This document shows, in pieces, positions 38,190 to 51,160 of a stretch of DNA of 64,000 nt (position 1 is the first letter of the stretch; the number at the start of each line of letters is the position of its first letter). Below the pieces are notes generated by a model. It was not told the DNA's origin. It searched no databases and saw only the letters and a program-made list of their open reading frames with translations. The position numbers and the translations under genes are program-made. Source of the stretch: Mobula hypostoma (taxonomy: Eukaryota); contig NC_086097.1 in the NCBI RefSeq assembly GCF_963921235.1, forward strand, positions 173,602,001 through 173,666,000, read 5' to 3'.

Positions 38190-38705
38190 TCTTGAAGGAT
38201 TCAGCGAATTGGACCCTCGAGGATGCTGGTATGGCCGCAGCAGTCATTGCTGGAGCACCCTTAGGGCCAGATATAAGCAGCAGGGCTCAGGCCCAAGAGC
38301 GAAAAACAAACCAATGTTTGGCAGATTTAAGTGCTAAGCCAGACTTAAAAGATCAAGACGTCAAGGCTGAGGGCAAAGGATGAACCAGTGCTCAGCTCAC
38401 TACTCCATGAGATTTACTTGCTGTGCTAAACTGATTCTGAAGCTTGGTCTGCAACCATCGCTACTCTTTTCAGTGCTGAACTGGCTCCGTGCTCTGGACG
38501 CACTTTTGGGGACTCTGCGGTTCATGTTCTGAGTGTCATTTGTTTACTTTTTTTATTGTTTGCATGATTTGTTCTTTTCTTTGCACATTGGATTTTTTAA
38601 TTGTTCTACTGTGGTTCTTTATTTTGTGGCTCCCTGCAAGAAGATGAATCTCAAGGATGTATACAGTGTCCATATTTCAATAATAAATTAACTTTGACCC
38701 TGACT
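38190..38705 (+). mobile_element. Non-coding element with a Rex1-type 3' tail
   Basis: Ends tgcaagaagatgaatctcaagg...aataaattaactttgacc, the same tail type as at 13760-13836 and 34640-34713. Confidence 0.55.
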
Positions 38706-39443
38706 GATGAAGGCAAGCATGTCAAGTGCCTCCTTTATAACCCTGCCTGCCTGTATCTCCAATTTCATAGAATGATATATTTGTACCCTTTGGTATAACT
38801 GTTCTACCACACTCCTCGCGGTCCTGTTTTACACTGTGCAAGTCCTGCTCTGATTTAACTGATCAAATGGAACACCTCACTCATATCTGAATTAAATTCC
38901 ATCCGCCATTCCATGGCCTACTTCCGAGATCATCTAAATCCTTCATAATTTTATGTGTCTGCAAGAGCTCCACTTTCAAGTTTTTTCTTGTGAAAGCTCT
39001 TACAGTTTTTTTTCATGTACTTTGTTGGTTCATTCTAGTTATATTTTTCCTTTTTATCAAATTTTTGGTCAACTTTTACTGAATTCTTTAAATACTTCCA
39101 ATTCTTAAGGTTATTGAATTTGAGCAATGTTATTAGCCTTTCCATAGATTTAATGCCACAGATCCTCTAGAGGTTACAAATGGTCCACTTATGGACACTC
39201 TGTAGATATGAATAAGTACTTGGGAGACCAAAGAAATGAATAGGGATGGATTTGGCGATTGCTGCAGGGCTAGAGCTAAATTCTGTTGGATGGAAACAAA
39301 GCATTTCCACACCACCCCAAGCCACCAAAATTGGCGTTTGGATTGAGCCGGGAGTGCTGAGCAGATTCACTCCCTGAATCAGAGAGGTCAGCTATTGGCC
39401 GCTCTTTATCTTCCACAAAAGTTTATTCAAGATTCAAAATTTA

Positions 39444-40181
39444 CAGTGGTTCTAGAAAGTTTGTGAACCTTGTAGAATTTTCTCTATTTCTGCATAAATA
39501 TGACCTAAAATGTGATTCACTAAAGTCCCAAAACTAGATAAAGAGAACTCCATTAAATAAATAACACAAAAACATTCCACTTGTTAATTTATTTACTGAA
39601 GGAAATGATCCAATATTACATGTATCTGTTGGAAAAAGTTTGCTTTCAGTAACTTGCAGTTACCTGGCTTTATCCCTGCTGCCATTGTTAAGTAAAGGAA
39701 CAACATCAATGGTCCGTAAGTCTTTAGCATCTCATCTATGACTAACAGAGGTGCAAAAATATCCATCAGAGCTCAGCATTCACTTCCAAACTAGCTGCTC
39801 CCTTGTTTTCTGTGATAGATGTCATCTGGCTCTGGGGATTTATCAACCCTTATGCATCCTATGACATTTCATATTTTCTCCTTAACAATTCCTTGTCCCA
39901 GATATTGGAAACAAGTCTTTGTTCAGGGTACATTTTCCATGTACCCCTCCCTGAAGGCATTACCTGAAAGGCTCACATACTTTTTCCAAAATATATATGT
40001 AATATTGGATCAGTTGTCAAAAAATAAATAAATAAACAAATATAATGCTTTTGTGTTTTTTTAAACTGGGTTCTCTGTATCTATTTTTAGAACTTACGTG
40101 AAGATCTGATTATATTTTATGTAATACTTATCTAGAAATAGAGAAAATTCTACAGGGTTTACAAACTTTCTAGCATCACTG
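39444..40181. mobile_element. Non-autonomous Tc1-type element with ~200-bp TIRs
   Basis: ta|cagtggttctagaaagtttgtgaacc ... gggtttacaaactttctagcatcactg|ta, with a TA duplication on both sides. Confidence 0.85.
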
Positions 40182-41689
40182 TAAGTTCTTTTATCATGTG
40201 TACATCGAAACATACGGTGAGATATGTCATTTGCGTCAACCTGAGGATGTGCTGGGGTCAGCCTGCAAGTGTCACCACACATTCCAGCACCAAAATGGAA
40301 TGGCCCTAATAAAAAACACAGAACACAACAAGCAACAAAACAACAACAGCAAAACAGGACTGTTCCCTCATCCCTCATGGTCAGGGTAACATTCACACTT
40401 TTTCCCTGCCTTTTCATTTTCTGAAAGTGTCAGCAAGTTATCCAAATACAGTATAGCACCCAACACCATCTGCCAGAGGTTACAACATCAGTCAGCCTTC
40501 ACAACGTGAGCAACATGTTACACAAAGCAGCTTAACTGTCCATTCAACGGCTACATCATTTCAAGCTGTTACTGATATTCCTTTTGTTCCCTCCACTACT
40601 TTCCCTGATAATTAGACTAACTTGTTTTCTCTCTTAATCAGTTCTGCCTAAGGGTCTTTCAACCCGAAATGTTGACTGAAGTGTTAACATTATCCTACAA
40701 AAACAAACTGCGCAACTAAGAAAGCATCATCAAAGACTCCCACCATCCAGCTCATGCCCTCTTCTCACTGCAGGTACAGGAACCTGGAGCCCCACATTCT
40801 TCAACCAACCTGTAAAACCCTAATTCTGCCTCAGACAGTATTTCCCTCAATTTGCACTAGTGTTGTTATTTTCTGTTTATTGTATTGTGCATGTATAATG
40901 TTAACGTATAATGTTAAGTTTATGTCATTTATGTTTGTAAAGTACTGTGCTGCGGCTGAAAAAACTAATTTGAATGGTACTTAAACCATGTTTGTAAATG
41001 CCCATGACAATAAACTTGAATCTGAGCAATTAAAAATGTCCCACGCAGAAATTTTTTTTAAAATCCTACTTTACACAGGATCTTCACATATAAACATAAG
41101 TACTTTACAGTGGACATTAGAAACTTGAATTTAAAGGAAAAAATGTTGCCATTGAGCAGCATCTATGGAGAGAGAATTAACATTTTAGGTTGAATGCTTG
41201 TTTCATACAGTTGGCTCTCTTCCACAGGACTCATCATTTTACCAAAAGCAAAGATCACTAAATTTCCAAAAAAAAAGTCCTTGATTGTGTCAATTGACTG
41301 TGTCAAAGACCTGCTAGATAAAGAGCATATTAAGAATTGGAGCTACAAGCAAAGCTATAAATTGCTGCCAAGTGACATGATTGATATTGGATCCAGTGCT
41401 GTTGCTTCAAACAGTGGTGGGAGAATAATTTTGCTTTGTGGAAGGCAGTGGGCCAGAACTGAATAGTGAAAATAGAAAAGTATGTTGGAATTTCTACTTG
41501 ATTACTTAAGGGGTCAGGAAGTATAACTTCAGAAGAAGAATTGATTCTGAAAAGCCAGAACTTAATATCGGCAAGTCACCAAATGGTGACAGCATCTATC
41601 CAAGGCTGTTAAAGCTGGTTATAGACAGTTGCCAACATTTTTCAGTCCTTCTTACGTAGAAAAATTTATCTGAAGGGCTTCAGTGATAT

Positions 41690-42770
41690 TCAAGGGAAGA
41701 AGGGGTAGAGACAGGGGAAAGAGAAAGAAGGGGAGCAGGGAAATGGAGTGGAAAGAGGAAGTGGGAAAAGAAGAAGAGAGAGAAGAAGTGGAGAAAGGGA
41801 GGAAAAGGAGGATAGAGGGGGCAGACTTGAAGAGATAGAGTGAGGGTCAAGAAAGGTGTAAGAAGGCAAGAGGAGAGGGATAAGTTGGGAGAGAGAGGAG
41901 TGAGAAGCGGAGAGGGGTGTGTGCAGAAAGGGAGATGAAAGGGGAAGGAAGAAGTGGAGAAGAAGAGAGGAGAAAGCAAGAGTGGAGAGGGAGGAGAGGG
42001 AAGAGGGAGGAGAGGGAAGAGGGAGGAGAGGGAAGAGGGAGGAGAGGGAAGAGGGAGGAGAGGGAAGAGGGAGGAGAGGGAAGAGGGAGGAGAGGGGGAA
42101 GGGGGAAAAGGAGAAAGGGAGGAAAGGGGGAAAGAAGGGAAAGGAGAAAGGAGAGAAAAGGGAAAGAGAAGAAAAGGGGAGAGAGGAGAAAGAGGGAAAA
42201 AGGGAGAGAGGGGAATTAGGAAGGGAAATGAGTAACAGGGGAAAGGGAGAGGGGAGGACATAGGGGGAGAGAGGGGAAATAGCAAGAGAAATGAGAGAAA
42301 AGAAATGGGTAAGAGAGGGGAAAGGGGCAGAAGAGGGCAAAGGGGGAGAGAGCAGAAAGGGAGGAGAGAGGGGAAAGATGAGGGACAGGAAAAAGGAAGG
42401 GGACAAGAAGCATTTGGAAGAAATTAGAGTGGGAGGGGAGAAGAGAGGAGAGAAAGGGCAGATGGGAACAAAGAGGGAAGATGAGGGTGAGAAAGAGTGA
42501 AGAGGATGAGGGTGGAAGAAATGGGCACAGCAGGGGGAAAATAAGTAGAGAAGGCAAGGGGGGAGGGAGGAAGGGAGGGAGAGAGAGAGAAAGCAAACAG
42601 AGGATAGGAACAAGAAGCAGGTGTAAGCAGGGAAAGGAGCTGTGAATGAGCAGAAGAGGCAAGTTGAAAATGTGAGGAAGAGTGAGGGGGAAAAGAAGGG
42701 AGGGAGGGAGGGGAGAGAGTGGGATGAGAAAGTATGAGTGATGCGAAGGTGGGAGGGACAGAAAGATGTG
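41690..42770 (+). repeat. Purine-rich (GA) low-complexity tract including a 16-bp minisatellite (GAGGGAGGAGAGGGAA) x ~7 at 41987-42096
   Basis: Seen directly; it explains the stacked low-complexity ORFs here. Confidence 0.95.
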
Positions 42771-43079
42771 TAAACTGTTGACCTTAATGGCCTAAATCAA
42801 GCAGGATGCATGACCATCACTGCACCCAATGACAGCAGTTCAAAAAGGGAAGAAGTAGTATGAGTCAACATTGATAAATGCAGAACTCAGCTAACAAACT
42901 ATCAAAAATAATTAATTGCTTATTAAGATTATGGAGGAATGGCAAGACATTTAGTCAGAATACCCTCAATGACAAAACAATATCCTGCTTAAATTTACTT
43001 CACGGATTAAACAAAATATTGAAAATTATAACCACAAACAGCAGCTAAGATTCAACCTCGATTTTGTCGTGCATAAAGC

Positions 43080-46000
43080 ATGTACCCTGTTGGCTGTTCC
43101 CCTCAATAATAAGTATGCCACTTTGGATACTATGGGCGGGGGGGTGGGGGGTGGCAGGGAGAATCTACCAAAGAGAAGCCACAGTGAGCCGCTCTCTGGC
43201 ACTGAGTCCAGCTCTGTGGCTCCGAAGGGAAAGGGAGAGAAGTGCAGTGGTGATAGGAGATTCCATAGTTGGAGGAGCAGACAGCAGATTCTCTAGACAT
43301 GAGAAAGAAACACATATAGTATTTTGCCCACCCAGGAGCCAGGATCAAGGATGTCTCAGATGGGTCCAAAGCATTCTAAAGGGGAAGGGTGAGCAGCTAG
43401 AAGTCGTGGTACATATTGGTACCAATGAAATAGGTAGAAAAAGGGAGGAGGTCCTGAAGAGAGAATATAGGGAGTTAGGTAGAAAGCTGAAAAGTAGGAA
43501 CTCCAGCGTAGAAATCTCTGCATTGCTGCCTGTGTCACATGCCAGGGAGGATAAGAATAGGCTCATTTAGCAGATCAATGCATGGCTGAGGAATTAGTAA
43601 AGGGGACAGAATTTCAGATTTCCGGGTCATTGGGATCTCACAAGGGGAAGGTGTCATCTGTACACAAAGGACGGGTTACACCTGAACTCTAGGGAGACCA
43701 ATATTCTTGCGGGCAGGTTTGCTGGAGCTGTTCAAGAGGGTTAACAATAATTCTGGCAGGGGATTGGGAACATGACTAACAGGGCAAGAAAGGGGCAGTT
43801 GTTATACAAGCAGATGTAGTGTGTAGTAGGATTATGAGGAAGGACAGGCTGATGATAAGGCAAAACTGCAGTCAGTGAGAAGAGTTAAAGTGTAACATGG
43901 AGGTAAAATTGAAAAGGATAATAAAGGACTGAAGGTATTATATTTGAATGCATGCAATATATGGAATAAATTAAATGATTTTAGTCCTTAAGACCATAAG
44001 ATATAGGAGCAGAATTAGGTCATTTGGCCCATCAAGTCTGTTCTGCCATTTCATCATGGCTGATCCAATTTTCCTCTTAGTCCCAATCTCCTGCCTTTTC
44101 CCCATAGAACTTCATGCCCTGACCAATCAAGGATCATTCAGCCTTTGCCAAAATACACAATACATACTTGGCTTCCACAAATGCCTGTGGCAAAGAATTC
44201 CAAGGATTTACCATTCTCTGGTGAAAGAAATTCCTCCTCACCACCATTCTAAAAGTACATCCCTCTACTCCAAGGCAGTGTTCTCTGGTCTTCGACTCTC
44301 CCACAGGAAACATCTCCACATCCACTTTATTAAGGCCTTTCACCATTCAATAGGTTTCATTGAGGTCACCCCTCATTGTTCTGAATTCAAGTATAAATAC
44401 AAGCCCAGAAGTCATCAAACACTCTTCATATGACAAGCCATTCAATCCTGGAATCATTTTTGTGAACTTCTTTTGAACCCTCTCCGGTGGGCAGTTTGAG
44501 ATTAGCAGGTACGATATTGTGGGCATCCCTGAGTTGTAGCTGTAGGAAAATCATGGTTGGAAGCTAAACATCCAAGGATACACACTGTATCAAAAGACAG
44601 GTAGCTAAGCAAAGGGGGTGGGGGTTACCAATCTGGTAGTAAAGTCTTAAAGCAAATCCTTAGAAAAAGGTGAATTAGGATTGGAAGAAGTAGAATCCTT
44701 GTGGGTAGAATTAAGAACCTGCAAGGGTGAAAAAACCCTGATGCGGGTTATATACAGGCCTCCAAATAGTAGCCAGGATGTGGGACACAAACTACAATGG
44801 GAGATATAAAATACCATGTACAAAGGGCAATGTTACAATAGTGATGGGGGATTTCAATATGCAGCGTGATTAGGAAAATTAGGTTGACGCTGGATCCCAA
44901 GTGGAGAAAATTGTAGAATGCTATGAGATGATGAGATGCAAGTAACGTGATAGTATCGGGGGCAGAAGTGAGTGTTTTTCCTATTACTAAGGAGAAGGTG
45001 CTTAGGAAGCTGAAATACCTGAAGGTAGATAAGTTACCTGGACCCAGATGGACTACACGGCATGGTTCTGAAAGAGGTAGCTGAAGAAATTGTGGAAGCA
45101 TTAGTAGTAGTCCTTCAAGGGTCACTAGATTCTGGAATGCTTCTGAAGGACTGGAAAATTGAAAATATCATTCCCCTCTTTAAAAAGGGAAGGGGGCAGA
45201 AGAAAGGAAATCGTAGGCCAGTTAGCTTGGCTTCAGTAGTTGGAAAGATGTTGGAGTCCATTTTTAAGGATGAAGCTTCACTGTACTTGGAGGCATATGA
45301 TAAAATAGGCCAAAGTCAGCATGGGTTCCTTTAGGGGGAATCTTGCCTGACAAACATGTTGGAATTCTTTGAAGAAATAATACCCCATTTAGACAAAGGA
45401 GAATCAGAGGATGTTGTTTGCTTTAACAAAGTACCGCACATGAGTTTGCTTAATAAGTTAAGAGCCCATGGCATTACAGGAAAGATACTAGCATGGATAG
45501 AAGATTGGCTAACTGGCAGGTGACAAAGAGTAGGGTTTAAGGAGGCCTTTTCTGATTGGCTGCCAGTGACACTTGGTGTTTGGCAGGGGTCGGTGTTGGG
45601 ACCATTTACATATTATGTGTTAATGCTTTGTATGACAATATTGATGGACTTTGTGAGTCTGCAGAAGGACTAAAACAAATTGGGAGAAGAGGCAAATAAA
45701 TGGCAGATGGTAAAAGGTGTGGTCATACACTTTGCAGAAGGAATAAAGACATAGACAATTTAATAAATAGGGAGGAAATTTAAAAATCAGAGGTGCAGAG
45801 GGACTTGGGAGTCCTTGTGCAGGATTCTCTAAAGGTTAGCTTGCAGGCTGAGTAGTGGTAAGGAAGGGAAATGCAAAGTTAGCATTTATTTTGAAGGACT
45901 AGAATATAAGAACAAGGATGTAATGCTGAGGCTTTATAAAGCATTGGTCAGACCACACTTGGAGTATTGTGAGCAGTTTTGGGCCCCTTACTTAAGAAAA

Positions 46001-46482
46001 GATGTGCTAGCATTGGAGAGGGTCCAGAGGAGGTTCATGAGAATGATTCTGGGAGTAAAAGGGTTAGCATATGAGAAGCATTTGATATATTTGCTGGAAT
46101 TCAGAAGAATAACATAGGGGAATCTCACTGAAGCTTATCGAATATTGCAAGGCCTGGATAGAGTGGATGTGGGAGGATGTTTCCTTTAGTAGATGAGTCT
46201 AGGACCAGAGGGTACAGCCTCAGAATAGAAGGACATCCATTTAGAACAGAAATGAGGAGGAATTTCTTTAGCCAGAGGGTAGTGAATCTGTGGAATTCAT
46301 TACCACAGACAGCAGTAGAGGCAAAGTCAGTGAGTATATTTAAAGCTGAGATTGATTAGTCAGGGCATCAAAGGTTACAGGTGAAGTCAGGAGAATACGA
46401 ATGAGAAGAATAATAAATCAGCCATGATGGAATGGAGGAGCAGATGATGGGCCAAATTGCCTAATTCTGCTCCTATGTCTCA
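43080..46482 (+). mobile_element. Long degraded CR1 LINE with ORF1 SGNH esterase, APE endonuclease, RT and tail
   Basis: VPLNNKYATL, VVIGDSIV and VVVHIGTNEIG (ORF1); YRPP and GDFN (APE); PLFKKG..RPVSL and LVRPHLEYC (RT); tail gcctaattctgctcctatgtctcatgg. Confidence 0.88.
43988..44488 (-). mobile_element. CR1 3' fragment nested in the longer CR1
   Basis: taagaccataagatataggagcag tail; RRNFFHQRMVNPWNSLP on minus. Confidence 0.8.
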
Positions 46483-49439
46483 TGGAGAGCACAGACAGCA
46501 TAAGCTTGAGGTTTGCTGAGGGCTCAAAAGTACTGAGCACAGTAAGTTATAGAGAGCTGTAAAAGTCTTCAAGTAGGCATATGTTAATAGATTGATTGAA
46601 AAGGTTCTGTATATAATTTAACCTATGATTAAGTGAATGGTAGGTTTTTGTATAAAATCACTCTACATATATGCAAATTGTGCTCTATTGATAACTGCAC
46701 AGGAAGTACGTGTACAATGAGAAATGCAAATACCTAAAACAAGAAACATAAGGTCTCTAATATATGATTGTCTGAAAGTACAATTACGGGTTTACACAAA
46801 CAAAAGACTATTGCTAAACAGTGAAAGGAGTGCAAGAATCAGAATCAGGTTTTTATCATTGACATAAGCAATAAAATTTGTTTTGCGGCAGGAGTATTGA
46901 AACATTTATACAAACATTGGTTTGGCCACTGTCAAACGAACTACGTAAATGTCCTAAACATATGAATTGTGCAAAATAATATGACACTGTATTATTGTGA
47001 GTGTGGATTGCAGATTTATTAAGACAATACTGAGAATCACAAACTACGTTGACAGCAAACATTCTGTTTATAAGTGATGTAGTATTAATGACAGGGTACA
47101 CCTCTGAGAGAAAGAAAAGGTAAGGAACAGAGTTATCTGGGTAGGGTAAATCAGCACAATGAGTCCAGGACTATTCTGGTCTTAATGATCTTCCATTGTA
47201 CTTTTGACTTCCTTTCCATAAACTCTATTCCAAATATGAAAACAATTGATCTTAAAAGTGCTTATGGATGAAAGGAGCTGATTGTGGATCAAATAATTTA
47301 TTTGCTCAACTTCCTGCTCTAAAATTATTTCATACCATCTATCTGAGAACTAAGCCATTCTTGTATCCTTGCTACTGCAACTTCTCATTCACAATTTGGA
47401 AACCAGGATCTTGGCATCAGTGACCAATGTTCCCTATTCTGCATTTTGAGCCGAGAGAGCACTACTTATAACATCTACTGTTTCATTATGGTTCAAGAAT
47501 ATTCACTTGAACTCACACTACAGTTAAAAATAATGTTTTAAGAATGCTCTATTCTTATATAAAAAACTGCAATACCCAAAATATTCAAACATTGAATATG
47601 CAAATTTATGCCACATTTCTGGAACAATCAAGTAGTCAAGTAATTTTAGAAAGGGTGCTTGGGGACGAAGTCCTTATGAGAATGAAGTGAAATGTTTCCA
47701 TATGTTTTATAAAGTATTCTATTCCCTCTAAAAGCAATCATTCACATGCACTTGCTGGCAATGATCCAAAGAATCCATATGGACATTGCATCCCTTACGG
47801 CACCATATTAGTCATAGGACTGCTATGTCACAGTTCATATAGAAAATAATATAAAAAGCATTACATTCTATGTCCAATGCCTTGCTTTACTTCTTATTCC
47901 ACCACCTGACAACGTCCTATAATGGGACATAACTGGGAATGTTACACCAGAAAAAACTTTCACATAAAAATTTGAAATGGTTTCCAGACCAGTCACATTA
48001 AATTTAGTTGCATTCTTTGTACCGAAAAGAACTTAGACTATTTTCTTCTTTCTCTTGCTCTGCAATAAACACTTAAATCTTATGAGTATCACGGTTCATT
48101 AGCAAGTATCAAAATATGTCATTTCTATCAAGTTACATCTGCAAGCCATATATTCTTTATGTTTTGATCTCAACAATTATATATTGAAAATTCACATTTT
48201 AAAAGTTTCATTCAATTACATTTAATTAAATGAAAGAGAAAACTTACGTCTCTTTGAATTAATGCTATATAAATACACAGCAGATCAATTTTATAAGCTA
48301 ATTCACACACTTGTTGAAATTATACCCTTCAGTAACATAATTAACAAAAAGCTTAATGTTTTCACTGGATGTTTTTGTAGATTTTCATTCTTGCTCACAT
48401 TTTTCTACTGCAGTTTAATTTGTACAAAATCAGGTGATTCAATGGGGGACAGCAATTACACACAAACTAACTGTGTGCAAGATGCAAAATCTGATTTGAA
48501 AATTCCCGTTTAAGTATTTTAAACAGTACCGTCTCAAGGAAATTTTAGATCAACAGATATCCTCTTTAAAAAAAACATGCAAAGCCTTTTGCATGCAATG
48601 TACAATGAAGGCAACAAAGTCTTTTTTTAATAGGAATCCTCCCCACTAATCTCAGATAATTGGTCACATAAAATGCCTGCAGAAGGAGAGAAAATATTTA
48701 GAATCATAAAATCTACCAATTTAGAATTTGTACTATCTGACAATAATCAAGTGAAGTTTAAAAAAGGAAAAAAGGGAGAAAAAATAGGAACAGAACTGCA
48801 CCATATCAACTCATAAAATAAGACCATGACTAATCAGTTTCAAAGCTCCATTTATCCTTTTGGTTCCATAACTATTGGTAACCTGGCATAACAAGAAATC
48901 TAACTACCTCATTTCTGAAGTTTTCAAATGACCTTATCCCCTTCATCGCCTTCAACAATTTTTTAGGGGAAGAAGAGATCCAGAGTTTCACTGCAATTTC
49001 TGTGAAGGAGTTTTAAGTTACATGCCCTCTTTCTGGCCTACCTCACTCAAAGTACCAGTTCTATATCCACTGTATAAGTTCTTATTAAATATATATTACA
49101 CAGCCACAATATTCTTTATGTTGCGTGTCATGAAAACAAATCAAGGAACCAATCGAAAACTGAAGAGAAGCAGAAACAATAAATTCAACTTCAGAACAAC
49201 TCTTGCTTAAGAAATATCCCACTGTCGATTTTTATACACTCAATGTCTATTGTTTCTCTTCTATGTTAGTGCTTTGCAAATTCTGAAAGTAAATATGTCA
49301 TTCTTGTTGAGCAAAATGATTTAAAACCTATAAATATGGTAACATTTTCAAATTGCTAAACATTGCTTAAATATGGTTCAAGTACTAAATGCACTTCTAC
49401 CCAAAACTTTAAAATTACGCAGCCAACATTAAACATCAT

Positions 49440-51160
49440 TTGCTGAAATTACTGCAGATTCTTAAGGATTTACACACATTTGAGCTACAAACTCAGCATG
49501 GCCTTGTACAAGAGGTGACATCTTACAAATTTGAAACCGTTTATGAGAAAGTGTTGAAGAAATTTAATGAGGGCAGGGGAGTAGATGTATATATGGACTT
49601 CAGCAAGGCATTTGACACGATCATTTATAGAAGGCTCATCTAGAATGTTAAGATACTTGGGACCCACACAGAATTGGTAGATCAGATTCAAAATTGGCTG
49701 GGGCAAAGACAAAGAGGGGATTGGTGATGGGATGTTAATCTGATTTGAGATCTCTGATCAGTGGTAAGCAAACCTCCTTTGCTTATGATATATATATATT
49801 TTTCTTTTTTTGGAAAAAAGAACATGGGAAAATTAGTAAGTTTGCAGATGAGACAAAAATTGGCAGAGTTGTGGATAGTGAGGAAGGCTATCAAAGGATA
49901 TAGTAGAATGTAGATCAGTTGCAAACATGATGTGAAAAATGGCAGGTGGAGTTTAATTCAGACGAATGTTTCACTGTGGGAGGTCAAATCTAAGAGGAAA
50001 GTATACAGTAAAGGGCAGAATCATTAGAAACACTGATCTACAGAGAGATCCAGAATGCAAATACATCGCTCCTTGAAAGCTGCAATATAAGTGGATAGGT
50101 GGTAAAGAAGGCATGTAGCATACCTGCTTTTTATCAGTGAGGGCACTAGGTAGAGCTGTGAAATTAATTCCCACAGGTTTGTTTCATAGGCTTTTTTTTT
50201 GTTTCCAATATGTTGGCATTAGGATGCATGCTTTGGTATATATTAAAATTAATGCTGTTTACCAATCCAGCATTGCCACCAACTGCAAAATCTCTTGTGA
50301 TGGTATTTAGCAAAATCTGAACTTTTTTAATATTGATATCTTAAGATTTCAGTAAAACTCAAAGGCATTAGAATGAAACCGACTCATCTTGAATGCAGAG
50401 TGCTAGACTTACACATTGGGAGAAAGCATTGTTATGATAAGGCAATCAAAAAAAAGGCTTATTTGCTGTAACAGAAAAGTTTCAAGAAGATATTAATGAG
50501 ATGATGATTAATGCATTAAGTGTGTGCAAGCTGGTTGCCCTATTACAGGAAAAATGTACAGGCTATGGAATGAGTGCAGAGATTTATCAGAAAGCAGCCT
50601 GGACTACAGAGTATGAGCTATAAGGAGACAGTGAATAAATTTTGGCTGCTTTCACTGAACACTGGTGGCTGAGGAAAGACCTTATAGAAGTTTAGCAAAT
50701 TGAGATTCAAGATTATTTGTCATGTATACACTGACACATACAGTGAAATGCGTTGTTTATACTAGTAACCAACACACCCGAAGATGTGTGGGAGCAGCTT
50801 ACAAGAGACACAAATAGGGTAGGTGATCAGAATCGTTTGCCCCAAGTGTGATAAATTCAAGTACTAGAGGACATACATTTAAGGTAAGGTAGATATTTTT
50901 AACGGAGCTATGAGGGGCAAGCTTTTTTTAAACACAGAGAGTGGGTGCCTGGAACAGGCTGTCAGGGGTAGCAGTGGAAGCAGATACAATTATGGTGTTT
51001 AAGAGGCTGTTAAATGCACACACAAGTGTGTATGTAATGGAAAGAAACAGATCATGTACAGACAGAAGATATTTATTTTAATTTGGCATCGTGTTCAGCA
51101 CAGACACCACGGACTGATGGGTCTGTTCATGCGTTGGTACTGTTCTATAGCCTATGTCCT
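49440..51160 (+). mobile_element. Degraded CR1 RT and 3' UTR with internal insertions
   Basis: VDVYMDFSKAFD, tttgcagatga (FAD) and tail tgttctatagcctatgtcctatg. Confidence 0.75.

Noticed and set aside
41987..42096. Regular direct repeats considered as a CRISPR-like array
   Set aside because: Head-to-tail 16-mers with no spacers, in a eukaryotic context with no cas genes.
41680..42662. Several long Pro/Ser/Leu- or Arg/Gly/Glu-rich ORFs
   Set aside because: Open only because the low-complexity GA tract lacks stop codons.
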